Shown here: piece by piece, positions 9,216-18,600 of the stretch
How the letters are laid out: every line of letters begins with the position of its first letter
How positions within the stretch are numbered: position 1 is the first letter of the stretch
Virus record (IMG/VR): IMGVR_UViG_3300034375_006595
Coordinates: 1-24,026 of that record
DNA from: a virus
Taxonomy: Duplodnaviria; Caudoviricetes
DNA: 24,026 nt
Direction: 5' to 3' (one strand)
The notes under the pieces: generated by a model
The model's input: only the letters and a program-made list of their open reading frames with translations
Database searches by the model: none
What the model was told of the DNA's origin: nothing
Position numbers and translations under genes: made by a program

Positions 9216-12200
9216 ATGCCAAAACTAACAAGAAACTTTTTAAAAGGCCGTATGAACAAAGACCTCGATGAGAGGTTGGTTCCTAAGGGCGAATATAGAG
9301 ATGCTCAGAACATACAGATAAGTACTTCTGAAGGTAGCGATGTAGGGGCTGTTGAAAACATGCTTAGTAATACTAAACTTGTTAATGCACCTGGCAATCA
9401 AACGTGGAGCAACCAATTTGGTTTAGTATCGCCAGTAGTTATTGGTGCAGCAAGAGACACACAGAATAATAAAATATACTGGTTTATTACCTCATCCGCT
9501 AGCAATGTAGACGCAATACTAGAATATGATGAAGATAGTAATGAGGTTGCACCTGTAATTGTAGATGCTAGAGACGGCGGCGAAACCGGTGACCCTATAT
9601 TAAACTTTAATGTTAATTATCTTGTTACAGGTATTAATATTATTGACGGTATGCTTTTTTGGACGGATGACCTTAATGAGCCGCGTAAGATTAATATTGA
9701 AACTTTTAAAGCAGGTAGCACTGGAAATACAACTAGTTTAAATGCTACTACGCAGGTATACAGACCATCAACACCACCGCCAAATCCAGTATTGCAAATA
9801 AGGCTTTTTATTGAAGATGATATTACAGTTATTAGAAAAGCACCAGATCAGGCTTTAACTGTTACAGCATATCCTTCTATATATTCAGGTGCGGGTACCG
9901 GTATTACGCCGGTCACGTTAACTCATAATTTTTATAACGTTGCTGTAGGTGACGTGCCTAACGTTGCTTTTGATCAAAATATTAACTGGAGCGGGAATGC
10001 TAGCACTGATTTTATTATTTCCGGGTACATAGATAACGAAGACGGCTCAAGAGATAATTACGAAATTAGAGGTGAGATAGATACTTATACTAGCGCTTCA
10101 GACATTGACATACTTATAAATTCTATATCAGAGGATATACCTAATCAAGCAATAGATTGGGAATTATTACTTATAGAAGACGACCCTATATTTAAAAATG
10201 ACTTTCCAAGGTTTACTTATAGATATAAGTTTATAGATGGTGAATATTCGCCTTACGCACCGTTTTCAAAAGTAGCGTTTGTACCAGGGGAATTTGAGTA
10301 TTTGAGTAGAGATGGTAATAACATCGGTATGGAAAGTGTTATTAGAAAAATAACACTATCTAATATGCCTGATAGACCTAGTGATGTTATTGAGGTAGAG
10401 TTATTATATAAAGGTGCTAGATCAAACAATGTATATTTAATACATTCTTTTGATCACGATAATACTACTACTGTGCAACCCGCTATCTTACCTTTTGATA
10501 TTACTTCTGGAACTTTAGGTAGAGTAATTGATAGTGCTCAATTATTGCGTTTATATGATAATGTACCTAAAAAAGCAAAAGCTCAAGAAATAATAAGCAA
10601 TAGAGTAGTTTACGGTAATTATTTAGAAAACTACAATATTAATAATAGCGATATTAGAATTACAAGTAGCGTTTCTTCTAGTACACATGCTGCAGGTAAT
10701 TTTGGAGAAGAATCTGTAAAATCAGATAGAGAATATCAAATTGGTATAACTTTTATTGATGACTATGGTCGCGAATCACCTGTATTTACTTCTGGTGGGG
10801 GTGCTGTTACTATAAACGGTGATAAATCAAATAATTCAAATTCTTTAGTTGCTAGTTTGTCAAATTTTTCAATACCCACTGGCATAAGTAAGTTTAAATA
10901 TTATGTAAAAGATCCAAGTAGTGAATATTATAATATTGCTTTAGATAGATATTATGAAGCTGCTGATGGTGGCATTTGGTTAAGCTTTCCTTCTGCTGAA
11001 AGAAATAAATTACAAGAGGGGCAATATATTACACTTAAAAAGCAACATGACAACAATACGCCGGTAACTTTAAATAATAAGAATAAAATACTTGCTATTG
11101 AAAACGAAGCACCTGACTATTTAAAAAAGGTACCTACAGCTTTTGCGGTAGGTAATTGTCTTACTGAAGTCTTAGGTGGTTTAGGTTTTGAAGTAGGTGA
11201 TCAAAGAGTTAGATTTTGGGGACCACCTAGATTACCAGATACAGATGAAACAACAGCTGGAAATGTTAATTTTTATGATGGATTTAAAAAAGGAAACTTA
11301 ATACAATTTAGTAATAAGTATGGATCCGGCGATTCTTATATATATGAAATAAAACAAGGCGGGCCAACTGGTTATGTAAAAGATATATCTAATACTCAAT
11401 ATGCATTATATGAAATTTCTTTTACTCAAGCTTTTAAGCAACAAGATAATTGGTTAGCGAATTTAAGTGATGAACAAGATTTTAGAGCTACAATATTTAG
11501 AAAAGAAGATAGAGCCCTGCCTGAATTTCAAGGAAGATTTTTTGTAAAAATAGCACCTTCAGCTAATTTTAAAGATAATATTAAATCAGCATTTTCTTCT
11601 ACGGCAGCTTCTTTAGAAACTGAATTAACACTACTTGTTGACCCGGATAATACAAATCTTACCGACGATCAAATAACCGTAATGTGGGACGATGCTACAG
11701 CTCCCGCTAGCGCTACTTACGACCCTTTACTACCTCAAGCTAATTCTAGCTTTTTTAGAATATTTATTGCAGATATTTCAGGAACTAGTCCTTATCCATC
11801 AGAAGAAGACGACTATATAACTTTTTTTACAACTTTAGCAAATGGTAATTATATTAAATTTAGATATACTTCTGACACTGACATTAGTGCTAAAGAATAT
11901 AGAATAGTAAATATTACACAAGTAACTTATCAAAGTACTATATCCGGTATACTTGGAAATATGTTAACTGTACAGTTAGATAAAAACTTTTCGGATTCAC
12001 AATATAGTGGTACTCCTACCGCGGCACAATTAACAGGAATACAGCTTTTAAGGGAAAAAGAATTAGGTACTGATCAAGAATTTTTGTCATCTACAAATCC
12101 AGCAATTTTTGAAACAGAACCCTTAGAGCTTGCTGATTTGGATTTATACTACGAAGCTACAGACGCCATAGCACTAGGTACTAATAATGCAAATTTAACA

Positions 12201-13649
12201 ACAAACCAAACATTAAACTTTTTTAATACATATTCTTTCGGTAATGGTGTTGAATCAAATCGTATTAGAGATGATTTTAACGCACCCGTTATTGGAAATG
12301 GAGTAAGAGTAAGCTCTACTATAGAAGAGCCTTATAGAGAAGAAAGAAGAGGTTCTGGAATGATATTTAGTGGGATTATAAACTCTAGATCGGGTATTAA
12401 TGAATCTAATCAGTTTTTAATAGCTCAAGATATTACTAAAGACCTTAATCCAATACATGGTACAATACAGAAGCTATCAGCTCGTGGTGCGGCAGCACGC
12501 GGCGATTTAATTGCTTTATGTGAAGACAAGGTATTTAAAATACTCGCTAATAAAGATGCATTATTTAATGCGGACGGCAATACCAATCTAACAGCTACAA
12601 AAAATGTTTTAGGTCAGGCAATACCTTTTGCTGGTGAGTACGGTATATCTACACAACCAGAGTCATTTGCGTCATTTGGGTTTAGATCGTATTTTTGTGA
12701 TAGGAAGCGTAGAGCTGTTTTAAGGCTTTCTGCAGACGGTTTAACGGTTATATCAGATAAAGGGTTAAAAGATTATTTTAGAGACGAATGGACAGCCCAG
12801 GTGAGCAATAAGATATTTGGCGGCTATGATGAATATACAAATACCTACCATGCTAAAGTCCAAGGTGAGCAGGTTTTATTTAGCGAAACCGTAAATGGTT
12901 GGGTAACTAGAACAAGTTGGGTACCTCAATACAGTGGAATATCTTTAAACAATATATATTATACTTTTAAAAATGGCGAGTTATATAGCCATAATGGTAC
13001 AAGTAGAAATCATATGTATGGTGCGCAAGAGTCTTCATCTATTACTGCAGTTTTAAATGACATGCCTGCCGCTATTAAAAACTTTAAAACTTTAGAATAC
13101 CAAGGAGACGCTGAATGGACAGCTGAAATTATAACAGACCAAGAAAAAGGCACATCGGCATTAACTTTTATTGAACGTGAAAATTTATATCAAAATTACA
13201 TTAAAGGTACAGACGACACTTGGGATAATAATTCAGGTGCTGGTGATATAGATTTTAAAAGTTTATCTATATTAGGTGTTGGTTTATTATCTGAACAAAC
13301 AGAAATAACCGGTGGTACGGATGTATTTAATTATAACATAGACGTTGACAACGCTATTTCTATAGGTGATAGGCTATTTTACCAAGAGGGCAATACTATA
13401 AAAGAAATAGCTGTTATTTCAGATATAAATTTAAATACATTACCAAAAACAATTAGTGTGCGTAATAGTATATTACCCGCAGGGACAATAATAAACACAT
13501 CGGCATTTACTTTTGTTTCTAAAAACCAAACTGTAAATACCTCTGGTCTTATAGGGTACTATGCGGATGTTAAGTTCTCTACAGGTAATACTAATCAAAG
13601 AATGGAGCTGTTTGGCATAGGCTCTGAAGTCTTTATAAGCAGTGAATAA
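9216..13649 (+). CDS. Tail stabilisation / muzzle (nozzle) protein, P22 gp10 / T7 gp12-like
   Basis: 1477 aa. N-terminal GRMNKDLDERLVPKGEYRDAQNI, then LFWTDDLNEPRKINI, and C-terminal beta-propeller-like segments (GEYGISTQPESFASFG..YFCD...AVLRLSADGL..IS). These resemble crAss-like stabilisation proteins. Confidence 0.75.
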   Translation: MPKLTRNFLKGRMNKDLDERLVPKGEYRDAQNIQISTSEGSDVGAVENMLSNTKLVNAPGNQTWSNQFGLVSPVVIGAARDTQNNKIYWFITSSASNVDAILEYDEDSNEVAPVIVDARDGGETGDPILNFNVNYLVTGINIIDGMLFWTDDLNEPRKINIETFKAGSTGNTTSLNATTQVYRPSTPPPNPVLQIRLFIEDDITVIRKAPDQALTVTAYPSIYSGAGTGITPVTLTHNFYNVAVGDVPNVAFDQNINWSGNASTDFIISGYIDNEDGSRDNYEIRGEIDTYTSASDIDILINSISEDIPNQAIDWELLLIEDDPIFKNDFPRFTYRYKFIDGEYSPYAPFSKVAFVPGEFEYLSRDGNNIGMESVIRKITLSNMPDRPSDVIEVELLYKGARSNNVYLIHSFDHDNTTTVQPAILPFDITSGTLGRVIDSAQLLRLYDNVPKKAKAQEIISNRVVYGNYLENYNINNSDIRITSSVSSSTHAAGNFGEESVKSDREYQIGITFIDDYGRESPVFTSGGGAVTINGDKSNNSNSLVASLSNFSIPTGISKFKYYVKDPSSEYYNIALDRYYEAADGGIWLSFPSAERNKLQEGQYITLKKQHDNNTPVTLNNKNKILAIENEAPDYLKKVPTAFAVGNCLTEVLGGLGFEVGDQRVRFWGPPRLPDTDETTAGNVNFYDGFKKGNLIQFSNKYGSGDSYIYEIKQGGPTGYVKDISNTQYALYEISFTQAFKQQDNWLANLSDEQDFRATIFRKEDRALPEFQGRFFVKIAPSANFKDNIKSAFSSTAASLETELTLLVDPDNTNLTDDQITVMWDDATAPASATYDPLLPQANSSFFRIFIADISGTSPYPSEEDDYITFFTTLANGNYIKFRYTSDTDISAKEYRIVNITQVTYQSTISGILGNMLTVQLDKNFSDSQYSGTPTAAQLTGIQLLREKELGTDQEFLSSTNPAIFETEPLELADLDLYYEATDAIALGTNNANLTTNQTLNFFNTYSFGNGVESNRIRDDFNAPVIGNGVRVSSTIEEPYREERRGSGMIFSGIINSRSGINESNQFLIAQDITKDLNPIHGTIQKLSARGAAARGDLIALCEDKVFKILANKDALFNADGNTNLTATKNVLGQAIPFAGEYGISTQPESFASFGFRSYFCDRKRRAVLRLSADGLTVISDKGLKDYFRDEWTAQVSNKIFGGYDEYTNTYHAKVQGEQVLFSETVNGWVTRTSWVPQYSGISLNNIYYTFKNGELYSHNGTSRNHMYGAQESSSITAVLNDMPAAIKNFKTLEYQGDAEWTAEIITDQEKGTSALTFIERENLYQNYIKGTDDTWDNNSGAGDIDFKSLSILGVGLLSEQTEITGGTDVFNYNIDVDNAISIGDRLFYQEGNTIKEIAVISDINLNTLPKTISVRNSILPAGTIINTSAFTFVSKNQTVNTSGLIGYYADVKFSTGNTNQRMELFGIGSEVFISSE

Positions 13650-13680
13650 TACGTAATAATAATTTATAAAACAATTTAAT

Positions 13681-14418
13681 ATGACGCCAGAAATTTATGC
13701 AATACAAGGTTTAGCTCAGTTAGGCTTAGGCGCTGTAAATAGTTTTCAAGCAGCGCAGCGTCGCCGAGAAGCTCAATCTGAATATGATCGCTCATTAGCT
13801 TCATATAGAACTCAGGATACTTCAAATCTAGCGCAAAACCTACAAAATCCATACGAAGATCTTACTGTAAATCAACAACAGTTTCAATTTCAAGCAGAGC
13901 AGCAACAACAGGGATTAGCGGACATTACTGCTAATTTAAGAGGTGCAGCTGGGTCTTCTGGTATATCTGCTTTTGCACAATCTATTGCTAACCAGCAAGC
14001 TAGAAACATACAAGCTACTGCGGCACAAATTGGGCAACAAGAAGCAAGAAATCAAGGTTTAGCTGCTAAAGGTGAAATGCAGATAATGGGATTAGAATTA
14101 AAAGGCGCTGAGCAGGCTAGAAAATTAGAAGCTTCAATGCGCTCTACCGAGTTAGGTATGTCAATGAACCAGTTAGCTGGCGCTAATGTAGCTCAACGAC
14201 AAGCATTTGGTCAAATAGCAGGTGGTGTTGGTAATATTGCTGCAGCTGGCTTAGAGGCTTATAAAAATTACGAGCCTACAAACACAAATACTAATACAAG
14301 TACTAATAATTACGAGGGTATGGATCAAGTTTATTCAAAAATATATTGGCCATATAAAGATGAAGAAAAAATCTATAACTCTAATTATCAACCGTCATAT
14401 ATAATAAATAATGGCTAA
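13681..14418 (+). CDS. Putative small ejection (pilot/internal virion) protein
   Basis: 245 aa, Q/A/G-rich and helical, with Gly/Ala hydrophobic stretches near both ends (GLAQLGLGAV; FGQIAGGVGNIAAAGL). First gene after the nozzle, which is the usual podovirus ejection-gene slot. Confidence 0.55.
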   Translation: MTPEIYAIQGLAQLGLGAVNSFQAAQRRREAQSEYDRSLASYRTQDTSNLAQNLQNPYEDLTVNQQQFQFQAEQQQQGLADITANLRGAAGSSGISAFAQSIANQQARNIQATAAQIGQQEARNQGLAAKGEMQIMGLELKGAEQARKLEASMRSTELGMSMNQLAGANVAQRQAFGQIAGGVGNIAAAGLEAYKNYEPTNTNTNTSTNNYEGMDQVYSKIYWPYKDEEKIYNSNYQPSYIINNG

Positions 14419-15634
14419 GCAAAATACAGCACAATCTGGCTTAATCGGTGCTTCAGCAGCACTAGCACAGTCTCAGATACCTGGTGACTATGCTGCAGAA
14501 TTTATGAAAACTTTTGGTGCAGCTACATCTGAATTTGAAGCAGAAAGAAAAGCTCAACAAAATGAGGTTAAAGAGTGGTTAGGTAATTTAAAGACAGATA
14601 TTGATTTTACATCTATGTCTCCCGAAATGGAGGCTGCAGTAAGAGAAACACTTACCACTGGTAAAAATGAATATGCGGAGCTAGCAAATTTAGTAGCTAA
14701 GACAAAAGACCCGTCGTCTATGGAATATAAAAATGCTGTAGACCGTATGAATGAAATAAATAGAGAATTTCAAACATTAGCTAAAGAAGTAGCTACATAT
14801 AACCAAGAAAAAGTTAATATTACCAACGGTATTCAATCAGATCAATACTCTTTAGTAAACGACTTTTCGTTATATAAAAACATATATGGACTTCAAGACA
14901 GCGGAGTACAAAGCGTAACAATAAATGGTGGCCATTTAATTTTTAATGGCACTAGATATGATTCTTTAAAAAATCCAATAGGTGTAAGTGAGCTACCGGG
15001 TAAAGTTGCAGAAAAAGCCGTGTTTTATGATAGCCACAACTATGCAATGACAACTCGTGAAGAAAATGCTGAAAGGATAGCATTAAATAATGCATTTAAA
15101 GATAACGACGCATTTGGAGCTTTTTTATTAGATATACCCGCTGAGTTAGAAGAAATTCGCATGAAAGAAATTAGCGATGCATATATTACGGCAAAAAAAG
15201 ACGGTACATTAAATGATAAAATAGAAGGCCTTAAGTCTCAAGCTACTGATATGATTATTCAAGCGTATAAGGATGCAGCATTAGCGGGTAAAGCAAGATA
15301 TGATACAAAATTAAACAACTCAAATAATCCGAATAATTTGGATTCTAGATACAAAAAACCTGAAACCGTACAAGCGATGATACAAGCACAAGAAGATGCT
15401 ATAGCGGAAGGGGTGATTATAGGAGCCCAGGAACCACCTAATGTTTCGGGTCAAGAGGCTAAAATTTTTAAATTTGGACCTAGTGATAACCCGGATCAAA
15501 TTAGAATTAAGCTAGATCCAACTACAAAAAAGTGGGTTTATTTTAACTCAAAATCCGCTGTTAAATCTGAGTTCAGTAATTTATTAGATTTAATGAACTC
15601 TCACCCGGGGCTTTTTTACATTAGTAATCAATAA
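14411..15634 (+). CDS. Putative second ejection/cargo protein
   Basis: 407 aa, predominantly helical, overlaps the previous gene by 8 nt. Sits between the small and giant ejection-type genes (small-medium-large trio as in T7 gp14-16). No recognisable catalytic motif. Confidence 0.45.
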   Translation: MAKQNTAQSGLIGASAALAQSQIPGDYAAEFMKTFGAATSEFEAERKAQQNEVKEWLGNLKTDIDFTSMSPEMEAAVRETLTTGKNEYAELANLVAKTKDPSSMEYKNAVDRMNEINREFQTLAKEVATYNQEKVNITNGIQSDQYSLVNDFSLYKNIYGLQDSGVQSVTINGGHLIFNGTRYDSLKNPIGVSELPGKVAEKAVFYDSHNYAMTTREENAERIALNNAFKDNDAFGAFLLDIPAELEEIRMKEISDAYITAKKDGTLNDKIEGLKSQATDMIIQAYKDAALAGKARYDTKLNNSNNPNNLDSRYKKPETVQAMIQAQEDAIAEGVIIGAQEPPNVSGQEAKIFKFGPSDNPDQIRIKLDPTTKKWVYFNSKSAVKSEFSNLLDLMNSHPGLFYISNQ

Positions 15635-15642
15635 TATAATAT
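15629..15642 (+). promoter_or_regulatory. Recurring pre-start motif (copy 3, degenerate)
   Basis: CAATAATATAATAT matches copy 1 at 12/14 positions and ends 3 nt before the giant gene ATG. Confidence 0.35.
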
Positions 15643-15645
15643 TTA

Positions 15646-18600
15646 ATGCATTATATCGTAGATAATAAAAAAATTACATTAAAAGAAGCGGAAGCTTTAG
15701 CTAATGAGTTTGGCACAACTGTTGAAGAATTAGCCTTATCAGGCGGATGGAAACAAGCAGAAGAGGGAAAGACAACGGTTCCAGAGGAAACGACTCCACC
15801 AACGGAACCAGTAAAAACAACGGCCGCTGGGGATTCCAGTTTGGCCGATACTTCTTTGGAGTCACAAGAAATACCTGAGTTTGATCCAAAATCTTTAAAA
15901 CCACCAAAAAAAGCACCTGAAGGTGATCCTTATATGGGATTTTACGCAGACGGTACGGCTGCTTTTGATGATGGTATAGATATAAATAAAACTAAAATAG
16001 AAGAAGAGCCTAATCCTAGGTTAGATAGAATTGCTCAAAATATAGCAGAATACGCTAAAAAAAATAGCGGTGAAATGCCTTTCAGTATTGATGAAAAATA
16101 CGGTACACGCGGGCAGTTTGGTGAATTTGAAAGTGCTACTTCAGATCCTTATATGGGTCAAACTCAAATAAATCTCACTAGCGGAAAATCCATTATAGTA
16201 CCCGCGGATCACACATATACTGTATTATCAGCAGACCCTAATAATATTCAAGAAAAAACAAATGATGACATTTACGGTGTAAAAAGCTGGGGCGGTACTC
16301 CAACTACTACAGAAGAGGATGTAAATTTTGAAATAGAAGAAGCAAAATTAAACTTGCCTTCTAAAAGTCAATATATAGAATATAACGAAGAAGGGACCTA
16401 CGATTTTATTGCTAAGTATTACGACGCTTCTCAGCTAGAAGCTATCGGTATTAATCTTGTTGATTTCCAGGGTTGGCTAAACAAAAATGGGCTTGCTGAA
16501 GACTTTGAACAAGATGTAAAAGACGGTCTTTATAACGATGGGTTGTTCGCTCACGATTATTCTGACACAGAAAATGCTAGTGTAGCCTTAGAAGAGTTAA
16601 AGCAAAAAACACTTAGAGGTTTTTTAGACACATATATAGATTCTGATATTGAGCATACTTCTAAAAAGTCTTTTATAGATTTTTATAATAGCAATAAAGA
16701 AAAATTTAATGAATCTGTTGGTTTTGATGGGGCTTATAAACTTTATACAAAAATAAGTAATCGACCTGGTGAAAATTACATTTTAAATGCTGTTAAAGAA
16801 TCTTATAAGCTTAATGAATTTGATGCATATAGAAAAGCTGCATTTCCCGCTGCTGTAAATGGTGACTTAAGAATTGAGCGCAAAATAGCAGAAGATTATG
16901 CTGAAAAACTAAACCGAAATGAATTCGAAAAATTTATAGACCCTTTTAAACAAGGTGTTGTTGACGCTTTTATAGGTTTCGAAGGTGCAGGCTTAGAAAG
17001 TATAAGATATATACAAGATCGGGTAATGGATACTATAGGCGATTTTACAGGATTAACTACAAATGTGTCCACCCGCAGAGATAGATTACTTTGGGATAAA
17101 TATCAACAAGAACGCGTTAATAACCAATTAGGGTATATTTCTACAGATAAAGGAGATGTAGTTTATTATAAAGATAGAAAGTTTATTGTTCAAGACGACG
17201 GCCAAATATTTGACACTGAAGCCGGGCTAAATGTAACCTCTATTTTAGATTCTAAACAGCTAAAAGAAATAAATGATTTAGCTTTACAATCTACAGAAAG
17301 AGATTATGACATAAGCATTAGAGGAGGAATGGGAGCTGCCGGTGCTGTAATTGGTAATATTGGTTGGCAAATATTGCTAACAAGAGCCACGGGACAGTTG
17401 CGAATGGCTGCTAGTGAAAAATATATAGCTTCTATTAATAATTTTAAAAATGTTAAAAGCTTAAGAAAATACATGGCCGCTACGAACAAAGCGGGCAATA
17501 GAAGGGGTATGAATTGGAAAGGTATAAGCGCTGACACTTACGGCCAATTCGGTATTAAATTACCTTTTAATGCGGCTATGGTTGATGCTACAGTTTTTCA
17601 AACTTTTTATGGCGCTTCTATTGGGTATGAAAATACTTATTCGGCAGCTAGAAAAGCTGGATTGACGGATAAAGAAGCTGAAGCTTTAGCAATAGATGCC
17701 AGCCAGCAAATGGCTGTTTTATACGCAGCAACGGGTCCCATAAACCCGCGGATTAAAGCCTTAAATAAATTAGATGATTTTTTAACAAAATCAAATGCTA
17801 CAAACAGAGCTGTTGCTGATTTTATACGTTCTGATAAAAAGCTAGAAGCATTTCGCAGCTCTTTAACAGCTAGTGTTGGTAAAGGGGCTAAGTTTATAAA
17901 AGATTTTTCTGGGGAAGGTGCAAAAGAAGTTGTACAAGAAAATATACAGCAAGCAGGAGAAACACTATTTGTTAACAAAAACATTAATCGATTAGCTAAA
18001 AAAGAAATATTAGACGCGGAATATAGTTTAAAAGATTTTATGGAAACTACCGCTCTTTCTTTTATAACTGCAGGTGCTATAGGTAGTGTAAATATTCGCA
18101 ATATTGGCTATAAAGGCAATGAAGAAAAAAGATTTGAAAATCTTTATTTAATGTCTCAAGATATTAAAAGCTCAAACGCGCTTCTTAACACAATGGTTGA
18201 AGCAGGTAGAATAACAAAAGAAGATGCTAAAACCTTAATATCTCAAGCAAAAGCTGTAGCTAATCAAGAAGTTAATATTCCAAAATGGATGCGAAACCAA
18301 GGTGTTGATGCTGTCGAAGTAGCTGTTCTCCTTGAAGAAAGAGCCCAGGCTGAAAAAGCTAAAAAGGGTAGTAACCCTGTTACCCATGGGCCTTTAGATG
18401 CTAAAATTGAAGAAATTGACGGCAAAATTGAAAACCTTATAAAAGATGCTGCTGCAAAACAAACGGAAAAAGAAGCTTCTATTGTACAACAAATACTTGG
18501 TGTTGATAAAGTAAAAGTATTTAATACCATAGAAGAAATGATTGAAGCGGGTATTGACAGCAAAATAGCTGAAAACGTTGATGGCTTTGTAGAAGTAGAT

